Assembly: GCA_028718605.1 (NCBI GenBank)
Contig: JAQULM010000002.1
Span: forward strand, 257,776 to 321,775
Length of the DNA stretch: 64,000 nucleotides
Direction: 5' to 3'
DNA from: Patescibacteria group bacterium
Lineage (GTDB): Bacteria; Patescibacteriota; Patescibacteriia; UBA10025; JAHIVO01
Of the stretch, positions 28,214-41,552 are shown one piece after another. Within the stretch, counting starts at the first letter, position 1. Every line of letters starts with the position of its first letter. The notes beneath the pieces are model-generated. The model saw only the letters and a program-made list of their open reading frames with translations, was not told the origin of the DNA and ran no database searches. Made by a program: the position numbers and the translations under genes.

Positions 28214-28366
28214 ACAATCTCCATCCTTTCTCCGTATGATTCTATCAAGATAACAATCTGTATTTTTTTTAAAACGGCTCTTCATCTTACCGCTCACGAA
28301 ATTGTCTGTCAAACTTGTATTTTTGCTATTTATATATAATATAGGTAAGATTCACAGTGAGCGTAC

Positions 28367-28450
28367 GCCGAGATGGTGCAATTGGTAGACACGCTAGCCT
28401 TAGGAGCTAGTCCCCGCAAGGGGTTGGGAGTTCGAGTCTCCCTCTCGGCA
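28367..28450 (+). tRNA. tRNA-Leu, anticodon TAG (type II tRNA with a long variable arm).
   Basis: Acceptor GCCGAGA/TCTCGGC. D-loop GTGCAATTGGTAGAC. Anticodon stem CTAGC/GCTAG with loop CTTAGGA. Variable arm CCCCGCAAGGGG. T-arm GGGAGTTCGAGTCTCCC. CCA is not encoded. Confidence 0.85.
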
Positions 28451-28594
28451 CGAAATGATGCAGAAGCACATGCCCAATGGCATGTGCGTGGAGACGAGAA
28501 AGCCGCAGTGATGCGCGAGTTTCCCGTGAAACGGGAAGGCGAGCGCAACGAGGCGGGGTCGACCGCATTTTCCGTCAGGAAAATGACGGGTGAC

Positions 28595-28615
28595 CGAGTC
28601 TCCCTCTCGGCACCA
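28595..28615 (+). repeat. 19-bp direct repeat of the tRNA-Leu 3' end (CGAGTCTCCCTCTCGGCAC), here followed by an encoded CA that completes CCA.
   Basis: Exact copy of 28433-28451, located 146 bp downstream of the tRNA. The intervening segment contains three short inverted repeats. Confidence 0.5.
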
Positions 28616-28635
28616 ATGAACAAATAGTACCCCAA

Positions 28636-28675
28636 TAAAAAGAGGGCGGGAGTTTTAGGCTCCCGCCTCAATTCG
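28636..28675 (-). terminator. Bidirectional intrinsic terminator.
   Basis: GGGCGGGAG-TTTTAG-GCTCCCGCC hairpin flanked by an A-run and a T-rich run. Confidence 0.55.
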
Positions 28676-28686
28676 TGGAAACGGAT

Positions 28687-29298
28687 TTACTTCCCAAACT
28701 GATCCAGCGCGGCGTTGTATTCCTTCTTTTTCAGAATCGGGACACCGAGGTCTTGGGGCGAGAAGCCCGGTGACTGAGGTCCCCTGGATAGGAATGACAG
28801 GAAGCCGCGGTGGCTGCACAGGTAGTAGTAGTTGACCAGGATTGTCAGTGAGTCGGCGTGCGTCTTCGCCGCAGCCAGCAGGTTCGTGAGATGGCCGTTT
28901 TCTGCCATCACCGCGGCGATCGTCGTGTCAAACGTTGCCTTCATCTCCTGGTAAGCAGAATCGCGTTCTATGGCCTGGCAGGTCAGGGCATCGCGCTCCG
29001 CCGTCAGGCTAGTTACCTCTGCCTTCAATGTCTGCACTTCGGTGCACGCGAACGCGACATGCTCCTGCAGCTTCGCGTTCTCCTTCCCAATACTGTCAGC
29101 CACGGTGATCGCGCCCTGAATCACTTCGTCTGTCTGCTGGATAACGCTGCTCATCCGCGTCGTATCAGCCTCCAGGCGGTTGTTCTTCACCGTCAGGGCA
29201 GTAATCTGGTTGTTCAGCTCCTCCTCCTTGTTGGAGCAGCCGACAAACAGCGATACGGCGATAAACACCACAACGAGCATGGTAATGATCTTGTGCAT
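28687..29298 (-). CDS. Lipoprotein with a coiled-coil region.
   Basis: Signal peptide plus lipobox (LFVGCS). Heptad-like Q/E/L-rich region. Confidence 0.4.
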   Translation of the reverse strand: MHKIITMLVVVFIAVSLFVGCSNKEEELNNQITALTVKNNRLEADTTRMSSVIQQTDEVIQGAITVADSIGKENAKLQEHVAFACTEVQTLKAEVTSLTAERDALTCQAIERDSAYQEMKATFDTTIAAVMAENGHLTNLLAAAKTHADSLTILVNYYYLCSHRGFLSFLSRGPQSPGFSPQDLGVPILKKKEYNAALDQFGK

Positions 29299-29561
29299 TT
29301 CTGCACTCCTTTCTTTTTCGCACCGTTTCTGGGGCGCGAAGCTATATGTGTTTCAGGTATTTGTTTGCTCAACTCAAATGAGTAGTGAATCCTACCAGTA
29401 AAAACACACTTTTGTCAATGACGATAATAGTGGCGAGCGCACTTGCCTTTTTCTCCCCGGCGCGTACAATGACGTAATTCGCTCTTTTTCGTTTTCTGCA
29501 AAACAAACACACGTTCGTCACCAAACCCAATTCCATAGAATCCCAAAGAAGGAGGTGCTGC

Positions 29562-30896
29562 ATGTCAGCACATGAATCAACCGTCGATATTCTCATTATC
29601 GGCGGTGGTGGGCGTGAACTCACGATCGCCTGGAAATTACGGCAATCGCGCCGGGCTGGCAGGATTTTCATCGCACCAGGCAATGCGATGGTTGCGCGGC
29701 TCAAAGATGTCGAAGTCGCAATGCTCAATGGCGCGCCGATCAAGGCTAACGATATCGAAGGCCTCAAACAGTTTGCCCTGAGCCATTCGATCGGCCTGAC
29801 AGTCGTCGGGCCAGAAGGGCCGCTCTGCGCCGGTATCGTCGATGGGTTCGAAAAGGCCGGGCTCACGATTTTTGGCCCGAACAAAATTGCTTCCTGCCTC
29901 GAGGGATCCAAGGCAGTCGCCAAGGAACTCATGAAGGAATGCGGCATTCCCACGGCAGCGTTCGAAATCTTCACCGATTTCGATAAGGCCTGTGCCTCTG
30001 TGCGAAAACACTTCGCCGCGTCTGACGCGCCGATCGTCATCAAGGCGGACGGCCTGTGTGGCGGCAAAGGCGTCCGGGTCTGCCAATCGCTTGCCGAGGC
30101 AGAAGAATTCCTCACGATGCTCATGAAGACCAAGGTATTCGGCAAAGCCGGCACCATGGTCGTCATCGAGGACTTTCTCCGAGGGCAGGAAGTGTCGGTG
30201 ATGGGACTGTGGGACGGGAAAACACTCAGGATGTTGCTCCCTTCGCAGGACCACAAGCGTGTCGGCGACGGCGACACCGGGCCGAACACCGGCGGCATGG
30301 GCGCGTACGCTCCCGTACCGTGGGTTACCGACGCGATGCTCGAGAGTATCGGGGAAACGATTTTCCTGCCGATGCTGCAGGGTCTCCAGAAAAAGGCCCA
30401 CGTCGAGTACCGGGGCGTCCTCTACGCCGGATTGATCTGTGTCGACGGCATGTTCTGCGTTCTGGAGTACAACGTGCGCTTCGGGGATCCCGAAACGCAG
30501 GCAGTGCTGCCGCTCCTGAAGACAGATCTCCTCGAGCTCATGCTCGCATGCGTCAATGGCACCCTCGACAGCATCGATTTAGAATGGGAACCGGGATACG
30601 CGGTATGCGTTGTGACCGTAGCAAAACCCTACCCGGACAAGCCGAAAACTGGCTTCCCAATATCGGGCATCGCCGACGCCGAAACGACCGAAGGCGTTAT
30701 CGTGATCGACGCCGGCACCCAGCTCGATGAAAGTGGCCAGGTGATCACTGCCAGCGGACGCGTACTCGGCGTGATTGGACTGGACGATACGCTTCAGAAC
30801 GCGATCAATCGCGCCTACCGGGGGGTTGGGCGGATCGGGTACGATCACATGGGCTACCGCCATGATATCGGCAGAAAAGGTCTTATCAAACAATGA
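29562..30896 (+). CDS. purD: Phosphoribosylamine-glycine ligase.
   Basis: ATP-grasp PurD motifs (ILIIGGGGRE, VIKADGLCGGKGV, GGMGAYAPV, EYNVRFGDPETQ). GGAGG SD. Upstream promoter-like TTGCCT-16-TACAAT. Confidence 0.9.
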   Translation: MSAHESTVDILIIGGGGRELTIAWKLRQSRRAGRIFIAPGNAMVARLKDVEVAMLNGAPIKANDIEGLKQFALSHSIGLTVVGPEGPLCAGIVDGFEKAGLTIFGPNKIASCLEGSKAVAKELMKECGIPTAAFEIFTDFDKACASVRKHFAASDAPIVIKADGLCGGKGVRVCQSLAEAEEFLTMLMKTKVFGKAGTMVVIEDFLRGQEVSVMGLWDGKTLRMLLPSQDHKRVGDGDTGPNTGGMGAYAPVPWVTDAMLESIGETIFLPMLQGLQKKAHVEYRGVLYAGLICVDGMFCVLEYNVRFGDPETQAVLPLLKTDLLELMLACVNGTLDSIDLEWEPGYAVCVVTVAKPYPDKPKTGFPISGIADAETTEGVIVIDAGTQLDESGQVITASGRVLGVIGLDDTLQNAINRAYRGVGRIGYDHMGYRHDIGRKGLIKQ

Positions 30897-31004
30897 AGCC
30901 TCGGGGGCTCCCGCGCATTTCTGCGGGAGCTCCTTTTTCAAATTGTACGAATTGCCGAACTGCAGAGCATTTGATACGATAAAAGCCTGAATTAAGCGCA
31001 CTCA

Positions 31005-31733
31005 ATGAATATGATCGGCACATACCGCGTTACTCTCAGGGAAAAACGCGATGTCGCGGACGGCACCGTATCGCTCCACTTTGACCGGCCTGCCGGGTTT
31101 GAATACGCGGCCGGGCAATTTGCGACGCTCGTCAATGACGACCAAAAGCAAAACGACGGCCGCGGCAACCGGCGGCCAATGTCGATCGGCTCTTCTCCGA
31201 CTGAAAACGAAATTCAATTCGCCATGCGCCTGAGCGATTCGGCGTATAAGCGAGGCATCAAAGACGCTCGGCCAGGCTGCCATTTCTCAATCATCGGGCC
31301 TGCGGGAGAATTGACCTTGCCCGAAAACCCTTCCCTGCCGATCGCGTTCATAGCGGGCGGCGTTGGTATCGTGCCATTCCGCGGAATGGCGAAATACGCG
31401 ATCGATACCAACCAACCGCATGACATTACCCTTTTCTATCTCAACCGGACGCCGCGTGGCTCTCCGTATCTCGACGAATTACGAAATTTCGCGGGCCAAT
31501 CCAAACGCTTCCGTTTCGTTCCAATCATGACAGCGTGCGGTCCCGATGATGCATGGGATGGATTGCGCGGGCACCTCGATGAGCCAATGCTGAAAAACGC
31601 GCTTCCAGACATCGTCAACACCACCTATATGCTCGTCGGCACTCCTGGAATGCTCACTGCCGTCGTTGCCCTGCTCGAAAAGCTCTGTGTTCCGCGCGAG
31701 CACATCCTGACTGAAAAATTTACGGGGTATTAA
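31005..31733 (+). CDS. Ferredoxin-NADP reductase-like FAD/NAD(P)-binding oxidoreductase.
   Basis: FAD-binding R-x-Y-S-like block (RRPMSIGSSP) and NAD-binding GGVGIVPF. Confidence 0.55.
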   Translation: MNMIGTYRVTLREKRDVADGTVSLHFDRPAGFEYAAGQFATLVNDDQKQNDGRGNRRPMSIGSSPTENEIQFAMRLSDSAYKRGIKDARPGCHFSIIGPAGELTLPENPSLPIAFIAGGVGIVPFRGMAKYAIDTNQPHDITLFYLNRTPRGSPYLDELRNFAGQSKRFRFVPIMTACGPDDAWDGLRGHLDEPMLKNALPDIVNTTYMLVGTPGMLTAVVALLEKLCVPREHILTEKFTGY

Positions 31734-31778
31734 AAAACGCCATCCAGGACTCCGCGAAGTCCCGGATGGCACCGATGT

Positions 31779-32672
31779 TTACTGAAACGATACCCCGATA
31801 ATGAGGACACCGACAATACCGATCGCGAGGGCGTACCAACCCAAGCGGTCGAGCGTTTTGTGTTCCCGGTACCAAATGAGGCCGATAGCCAATGGTCCCG
31901 CCACGCGCATAACCATGAAGAACGGCTGTACCGCGACGATCGGGGACCGATACGCCCAAAACGTCAGGCATACCGATCCGACAAACGACAGTGCCATCAC
32001 GAATGACCAGAATGTCTCACGGCCCACCAACCGGACCTGCCCGGTCGCGGCGCGCGAGCGGCGCGTACAGAGGAATAGGACGGTTGCGACAATGCCGGTG
32101 CCCGTGTACCATCCGCCGAGGAATGTGCCCAGCGCGATCTCCTGTGCCGCACTCAACCGGATGAGGAACAGCGAAAACGCAAAGATGACCATCGCACCGA
32201 TGCACGTTCCGTAGAACCGGACCGGAACAGCTTGCCGTTCCGACCGCTCACGCCATACGTCGCGTACAACCAGGAGTAGGGCCGCGCTGACGCTCACCGC
32301 CGAACCGACCCACACGCCCGTCCTCACCATCCCTGCTTCACCGAGAAACGCAAGCGCAAGCCCGACGGCGCCGATATCACTCATGACGAGGAACAACGAT
32401 GTCCGCGTCAGGTTAACCCTGATCGAGGCCCAAAACAGGTAGCTCCCGAACGCATTGACCGCGCCAACCGCAACCAATCCCCCAAACGCCTTGTCCAGAG
32501 ACCAGCCGCCGGACAACGCCGCGAAGGTGAATGCAATCGGTATGCACCACCAGTAGGTGACGGTAAAAATGGTCCTCCACTGCACGTCGTCAGACTGGCG
32601 CTTGTTCAGGTACGGCGCAATAAGGTCATGGACAATGATCCGGAGTATCACGGGGACAAACCAAATGTTCAA
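31779..32672 (-). CDS. EamA/DMT-superfamily transporter (about 10 TM).
   Basis: Two repeated 5-TM halves, Gly/Ala-rich helices, 297 aa. Confidence 0.55.
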   Translation of the reverse strand: MNIWFVPVILRIIVHDLIAPYLNKRQSDDVQWRTIFTVTYWWCIPIAFTFAALSGGWSLDKAFGGLVAVGAVNAFGSYLFWASIRVNLTRTSLFLVMSDIGAVGLALAFLGEAGMVRTGVWVGSAVSVSAALLLVVRDVWRERSERQAVPVRFYGTCIGAMVIFAFSLFLIRLSAAQEIALGTFLGGWYTGTGIVATVLFLCTRRSRAATGQVRLVGRETFWSFVMALSFVGSVCLTFWAYRSPIVAVQPFFMVMRVAGPLAIGLIWYREHKTLDRLGWYALAIGIVGVLIIGVSFQ

Positions 32673-32879
32673 AGAACCTCCTCACTTCATTTCATGTGTT
32701 TTTGATATTTCAATAGAGCTTAGTACAAACCTTTGGCGGTGTCAAAAAAATCTGCAATGCAGATACCCACGGATGCCCACTGGTGCTTCGTGCGTATTGA
32801 CAGCGTCGGCCGAAGGTGTTACATTGCAACGAAAATTGAACAAATAGCCGCTCATTGAGCATTTGAAAAGGGGTTTAAC

Positions 32880-33542
32880 GTGGTACAGCATCATCGTCTC
32901 GCTGACCCAAGTCAGTTCAGTGACATCGCTACTCTCTACATGGCGATCCTATCGATTCCACGGCACCTTGCGTTCTCGACCGAGGGAATCCTCGCGTTCC
33001 CCGGCCAGGGCGAAGTGCAGAGAATCATCAATGCAGTTGCCCTCTGGGAGCAATCTCAGGCCGCGCAACGGTTGCTGGTAGCAGGACAGAACTATAAACT
33101 CGAGCGTACCGTCCAGGTACTGGACATCAACGTGCTGCAACAGCCGCCGTACCATCTCAAACGGACGAAGGGTGTCGTCGTCGAACAGTTTGCTACCCAT
33201 ACCGGCGACCAAGCCCTCTGGGCCCTGGACATGGTACGGACACATGGCCTGAGCAGTCTCACCTTGGCGGTGCCTGGGTACCATATGGTCAAGGCATACC
33301 TGTCAGTTCTCAAGAAGTTCCTCGACGGTGGGTGCCGCATCCCGATTATCCCGGCGCCAACCATCATGCCACCCGACCATTACGTGCCAGAGGTTCAGGT
33401 CAACACCTGGGCAATGGTGCCCGGTGAAGTCGAACGGCTAATCCAATACCAAAAGGATGGATTTGCCACCTCCATTGAGGAGCTTTTCGACTATCTCAAC
33501 TGGCTGTACCAGGATCCCTTCGTCAAGAAACTCTGCTGCTGA
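32880..33542 (+). CDS. Hypothetical protein, possibly DUF218/YdcF-like.
   Basis: Weak similarity pattern (LAVPGYHMVKAY). GTG start is uncertain. Confidence 0.3.
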   Translation: MVQHHRLADPSQFSDIATLYMAILSIPRHLAFSTEGILAFPGQGEVQRIINAVALWEQSQAAQRLLVAGQNYKLERTVQVLDINVLQQPPYHLKRTKGVVVEQFATHTGDQALWALDMVRTHGLSSLTLAVPGYHMVKAYLSVLKKFLDGGCRIPIIPAPTIMPPDHYVPEVQVNTWAMVPGEVERLIQYQKDGFATSIEELFDYLNWLYQDPFVKKLCC

Positions 33543-33648
33543 ATGTAAGCGCCACGCCCCTCTTCAAATCCCCAAATGTCGCCGCCGTAACCATCCCCTG
33601 GTTCCGGCGGCTCTTCCTATCCCCCCTCCACGGGTGCCGTTCGCCGGC

Positions 33649-33677
33649 TTGACACCCCCTCAAAACCGGTTTATACT
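33649..33677 (+). promoter_or_regulatory. rRNA operon promoter: TTGACA, 17-bp spacer, TATACT.
   Basis: Consensus -35 and a near-consensus -10, about 470 nt upstream of the mature 23S 5' end. Confidence 0.55.
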
Positions 33678-34147
33678 ATACATCGCAGCATCAGAACAGT
33701 ATCAACACTTTATCCTCAACAATCGAAAATATGCAAAAAACCCTAATAACTAACCAAAAAGGCGGCTAAATCGTACTATTTGTTGACGGTTTAGTCCCGC
33801 CAAAAGCGGGATTTTTGTTACTCCGAGCGAAGCGAGGAGTAACAACCCCGAGGGAATCGAGGGGTCCCACAGTTTGAAAGCTCAAAACGAAGAGGCGGCG
33901 GAAATATGGCTGAGGCAACAACCCCGAGAGAGCCGTCGGCGAATCGAAGGGTCCCCAAGCACTGCCGCCCAACGTACTTAATACCAAATATCCGAACTGC
34001 CGATCACTCTATCCTCGATAGAATGGTTCCAGATCAGATCTTTGACCGGACATTAACAACTGAATATGGTAGAACGAGATCTTGTAAGCAAGTTAAGTAA
34101 GTATACTAAGACACAAGGACGCAAGTTCAGTGTTTTAGTGATTGCAA

Positions 34148-37272
<3,125 letters not shown>

Positions 37273-37468
37273 CATATTGCAATCACTAATACGCTGATCT
37301 TTTTAGAATCCGTTCTACCATATGAACAAAGACTACGGTCCGCACCTTATTGCGGTCTTTGTTCTGGTGATAGTCCTCTTCGGACTTCTATTTTACCTGA
37401 CGCCGCTCTCATCCTAAGACCGGTCACCAGTGGCCAGAGAGAACAACCATGGTTCGTTGTTCGCTGGC

Positions 37469-37585
37469 CTCTGGTGATTAAGCACCAGGGTCACACCTGA
37501 TCCCATTCCGAACTCAGTCGTTAAGCCTGGTAGCGCCAATGATACTACGGGGCATACTGTCGGGAAAGTAGGTTATCGCCAGAAC
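37469..37585 (+). rRNA. rrf: 5S ribosomal RNA.
   Basis: Helix I CTCTGGTGAT/ATCGCCAGA. Conserved CCCATTCCGAACTCAG and GGTAGCGCCAATGATACTAC blocks. Confidence 0.8.
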
Positions 37586-37589
37586 TATC

Positions 37590-37622
37590 AAAAAACGTTT
37601 CTCGCAAGGGAGGCGTTTTTTG
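37590..37622 (+). terminator. rRNA operon terminator.
   Basis: AAAAAACG...hairpin...CGTTTTTTG immediately after 5S. Confidence 0.5.
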
Positions 37623-37795
37623 TTTGCATATTACATGTCTACAACGGGACCTATCCTGAGGCAGCCGAAGGATCTGCCATCGTATTAACTGCGAAGAGTG
37701 CCGTGTTGTTGGCGGGAATCTTGTAAATTCAGCACAAACATGAGGTGGTCCGCATGAACCACCTCACTATGCATCTCCTCGCGGAAGCTTTTTTC

Positions 37796-38281
37796 TTATG
37801 CCATCGTGATTCGCATAAACGATACTGTTCGCGGGAAATACTTACCAACCACGGAACGGTACCGGATGTACGCATCGCCAAATCGAGCGATCAGCTGCTG
37901 CTCCTCGGCATTTGCCCGGATGTTGTCGGTTACGAAGTAACACGCACCGAGTCCGAGGAACACTACGCTGCCAGTCGCGAGAAATACCCCAGCGAGCAAC
38001 ACGATATTGCTTGCATACACAGGATGCCGCACCAGCGCATAAGGACCCTCACGGACTAACGAATGGTCTTGGCGGATTTTCGGCGTCGCCGACCAATTCA
38101 TGCCAAGCGCTCTGTACGCAGCGACCTTCAGCACAATCGAAAAAAACATGACAACCATGCCTACCGCCGCAGCCCATGGCATGCCCAGAAACGGCAGTCG
38201 GAGCCACCGTACATCGTGAGGCTCAAAAGCATACAGCACAATCGCAAGCATGATCGCCGGCAACAGCACGCATGATTTCAC
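37796..38281 (-). CDS. Isoprenylcysteine carboxyl methyltransferase/phospholipid methyltransferase-family membrane protein.
   Basis: VREGPYALVRHPVYASN motif. Multi-TM. Confidence 0.65.
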   Translation of the reverse strand: MKSCVLLPAIMLAIVLYAFEPHDVRWLRLPFLGMPWAAAVGMVVMFFSIVLKVAAYRALGMNWSATPKIRQDHSLVREGPYALVRHPVYASNIVLLAGVFLATGSVVFLGLGACYFVTDNIRANAEEQQLIARFGDAYIRYRSVVGKYFPRTVSFMRITMA

Positions 38282-38656
38282 GGCAACAGCGACACGAACT
38301 GTCGTGCTCGTACCGCCCTCACGGCGGTCAGAATGGACCCCCCGCTGCAGGCAGAGCCGCTAATAGGAAGCAATGAGATGCAAAAGGACGAAGACAAACA
38401 GTACGAACCCCATGAATCGCCTCTTTTTCTTTCGGTGTTTTTACTTAATTACATTACTGTAATACATCTCATGGGAAACTGTCAATTTTCATAATACACA
38501 TTTTTATCACATTGCACCGCCGAATAGTCCCTTCTCAAGCACTGAGCTACAAAACAACCTGTTCATAACAGGTGGATAAACCCCTTGACATTAATTGATA
38601 AAAATGTAAGATATGGTATGATATTTTTACTGTTTATTTGCAAAAAACGCTGAAAA

Positions 38657-39493
38657 ATGGATAGAAAACGCCTTACTATAACGCTCAAAAAGGACCTTTT
38701 ACCATTAGTCGACGAGGTCATTGACGGTGCGCGCATACGCAACCGGTCACATGCTATTGAATACCTGCTCGGCCAGGCGCTCGGCCCCCGGGTTAAACGG
38801 GCGCTCATTCTCGCCGGCGGACGTGGAATCAAGATGCGGCCATTCACGTACGAAATACCAAAAACGCTGATCCCCGTCCACGGCAAGCCAATCCTCGAAT
38901 ACTCGATCGAGCTCCTGCGCGATGCCGGCTTGCGGGACATCCTCATCCATATCGGCCACCTCGGCGACAAGATCGTTGCCCACTTCGGGGACGGAAAGCG
39001 ATTCGGCGTGAAGATTACATATCTCCGGGAGGAATACGAACACGGCACCGCAGCGCCGATACGGCAGGCAAAAAAGCTCCTCGACAAAGAACCATTCATC
39101 ATGATGTACGGCGATACGCTCATCGACATCAACATCCGCGATATGATCGAATTCCACCTCATGCACGGCGCACCGGCAACAATGGCAATAACCTCATCGC
39201 CGAAACCGTACGAGTTCGGCGTCGCCAAGCTGCGTGGCAGTAAAGTTGTCGGGTTCCGCGAAAAGCCGCAGCGTACTCCCCGCATCTCGCACTTCATTAA
39301 CGCCGGATTATTTATCTTCAATCCCTCGGTTCTTGCCCTTATCCCGCCACGCGGACGGTCAATGCTCGAACAGGATGTGCTCCCCCGCCTCGCTGACCAG
39401 GGCCAGCTCTACGCATACCCATTCGAGGGGCAGTGGTTCGACGTGAGCACGCCGGAGATATACGAAGAAGTGCTCAAAGAGTGGAAGCGATAA
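38657..39493 (+). CDS. Ribbon-helix-helix (CopG-like) domain fused to a sugar-1-phosphate nucleotidyltransferase (RmlA/GMPP-like) domain.
   Basis: N-terminus KRLTITLKKDLLPLVDEVIDGARIRNRSHAIEYLLGQAL is an RHH pattern. Then LILAGGRGIKMRPFTYEIPKTLIPV, the G-x-G-x-R nucleotidyltransferase signature. Promoter-like TTGACA-16-TAAGAT upstream at about 38586-38613. Confidence 0.55.
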   Translation: MDRKRLTITLKKDLLPLVDEVIDGARIRNRSHAIEYLLGQALGPRVKRALILAGGRGIKMRPFTYEIPKTLIPVHGKPILEYSIELLRDAGLRDILIHIGHLGDKIVAHFGDGKRFGVKITYLREEYEHGTAAPIRQAKKLLDKEPFIMMYGDTLIDINIRDMIEFHLMHGAPATMAITSSPKPYEFGVAKLRGSKVVGFREKPQRTPRISHFINAGLFIFNPSVLALIPPRGRSMLEQDVLPRLADQGQLYAYPFEGQWFDVSTPEIYEEVLKEWKR

Positions 39494-39604
39494 ACGGTAC
39501 CTTCTTCTGTTGTTGCGATATTGATTATATAGACAGCGTATAATCCATACCGCGACACCAAAACACGCTGTTTGACACCAAGAACACAAGGATCGGAGGT
39601 ACGA

Positions 39605-40582
39605 ATGAAACGTGTTCTCGAGCGGCTGAATTTAGCAGGTGGGCAGGTCCAAGTGCTGCCCAGCGGCTACTATTCAGAAGTAGTAATGATAATCCAGAAC
39701 GGTTCGCCAATAACCGTGAGGATTGTCAAGGATAAACAAGGGCTCACTAAACAACCGGAAGTTGCGTTAGTAGCCAATAGGATTGAGGAATACCATAAAC
39801 GGCTGCGGGACGCGGGTGTTTCAACCACGACCTCACTCTCAACGCATTTACTCGAGGGGGAGGCCGGGTGGGATCTCATTGTCCTGACGCCCTACGTGGG
39901 TGATGATATTCAGCATCGGATGCAAGCTGGCGAAAACGCAGTGGGATTGACCCGCAAGATCCTCGTCGAACTGGAAAAGTGCTTCCAGTACCGATTCGAC
40001 GGATTTGCGCTTCAGCTCGGGATCGACTCGAAACCATCAAATTTCTGCATGCGTACAGAGGCAGATACTGAGGTTCGATATATCGATCTCGTGCCACCGC
40101 GTACTCGCCTCGAAGATGGTACCCCGCTCCTGGAGATCAATCTCCCTACCTCGCAAGAAGCTTTCGAATTCGGATGTTTTCGATACTTCGACCTGCGGGG
40201 AGTTCTCCTCGTTCTCCAGAACCAGGTATCGCGCCTTGTGCCGACCCAACGTCCGAAAATCAAGCGATTGATTCTCGAAACGGCTACGCGGCATGGTGCT
40301 GCGGATTTCTTCCGGGAATCAAAGGCGGAACAATTCGCCAGTGCTTCACCCAATGATCAGGAGGTGATCATCCAGGGGCTCCAGCGGAATGATGTTTATC
40401 CGCTCCGCGAAATCGCTTGCGAAATGGCCACTGCTGGCCAGATTAGTTCCGACAGCCTGGAAACCTTCTTCAGGCAGACCCACTTTTTCACTGATTTTCC
40501 TCCGGAGGATCAGATGACTGAAGTGAAACAAGCACTCGTTGCGTCCCTGAGGACCAACAAGTTACGCTCGCCGCAAAAATAG
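39605..40582 (+). CDS. Hypothetical protein.
   Basis: GGAGGT SD 5 nt before the ATG at 39605. The track ORF begins earlier, at 39572, without an SD. No domain recognised. Confidence 0.45.
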   Translation: MKRVLERLNLAGGQVQVLPSGYYSEVVMIIQNGSPITVRIVKDKQGLTKQPEVALVANRIEEYHKRLRDAGVSTTTSLSTHLLEGEAGWDLIVLTPYVGDDIQHRMQAGENAVGLTRKILVELEKCFQYRFDGFALQLGIDSKPSNFCMRTEADTEVRYIDLVPPRTRLEDGTPLLEINLPTSQEAFEFGCFRYFDLRGVLLVLQNQVSRLVPTQRPKIKRLILETATRHGAADFFRESKAEQFASASPNDQEVIIQGLQRNDVYPLREIACEMATAGQISSDSLETFFRQTHFFTDFPPEDQMTEVKQALVASLRTNKLRSPQK

Positions 40583-40631
40583 CACACTTTAGAAAGAAAG
40601 ATGAAAGGCCCATCACGCGTATGGGCCTTTT

Positions 40632-41552
40632 CTATTTTCTGCGGCTGATGGTAGATATGAGATAATGAAATTCCTCCTCACTGCTGCCACTTTTCCCAAA
40701 AACCCGCCCCGGATGATGGTAACGACCGTGCCAATCAGTCGAACCGAGAGTGAATAAATGCAGTTTTTTCGCAAGATCGGAAAGATATTTCGTTTCTTCC
40801 GGCGAACAGTCGGTATTTCGTATCTCTATGCCTTGCAAACCAACCCGTTGAAGGTCGACGATAAGTTTCTCGACGAACATCCTTTTCTCATCCTCGGTAC
40901 CACGGTATTTTCGTACATAAGCATCCGGATGCGCAAGGACGCTGATCCCGCCCGCGTCATAAATGATCCCACACGCCACATCAGGCCCGTAGAAATCATC
41001 TCCATAGGGAACAAATCCGGACCCACCTCGATTAACCAATGCTTCCAATTCTTTTTCGGCACCTTGCGGAAGTCCCCGTTCAATCCTCAAGGCAATCGCT
41101 ATGTCATATTTCACAACTGGGTCATGCAAGCTCTTTTTGGCTCGGAGTCCGGGGAATTCAATGCCCGTCAAGCCTTGCTCTCGAAGCTTATCAACCATCT
41201 GCGCACTACGCCTATCATACCCTTGGATGACCGGCTGCAATCCTCCGCGGAGCGCTTCAACGTTAAACTGACGTGCGTACCCAAGAACGTGTATCTCCAA
41301 TTCTTGATACTTCGTGCTTACTTCGACGCCCATGCACGTCTTGAGGCCGAACTCACGGCAGGCGGCACTGAACTCTTCACAACCTTCAATCGTGTTATGG
41401 TCAGCCAATACCACTCCGCGCAATCCGCTCGCCCGTGCCTGGCGAGCTACTTCACGTGGCGCAAAGTCACCATCGGAATGATTCGAATGCACATGGGTAT
41501 CGTAATAGTACAGCATAGAAATATTGTTAGACGCTGACGCTGTGTCGTACAT
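40632..41552 (-). CDS. PHP-domain (polymerase and histidinol phosphatase) metal-dependent phosphoesterase.
   Basis: YYDTHVHSNHSDG (H-x-H...SDG) PHP motif plus later His/Asp ligands. The start may instead be the internal ATG at 41516 (MLYYYDTH...). Confidence 0.65.
   Translation of the reverse strand: MYDTASASNNISMLYYYDTHVHSNHSDGDFAPREVARQARASGLRGVVLADHNTIEGCEEFSAACREFGLKTCMGVEVSTKYQELEIHVLGYARQFNVEALRGGLQPVIQGYDRRSAQMVDKLREQGLTGIEFPGLRAKKSLHDPVVKYDIAIALRIERGLPQGAEKELEALVNRGGSGFVPYGDDFYGPDVACGIIYDAGGISVLAHPDAYVRKYRGTEDEKRMFVEKLIVDLQRVGLQGIEIRNTDCSPEETKYLSDLAKKLHLFTLGSTDWHGRYHHPGRVFGKSGSSEEEFHYLISTISRRK

Noticed and set aside
28214-28312. 33-aa N-terminal extension of prs in the track ORF.
   Set aside because: The internal ATG at 28213 has a GGAG SD and matches the conserved PRPP synthetase N-terminus. 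The extension includes implausible sequence and no SD.
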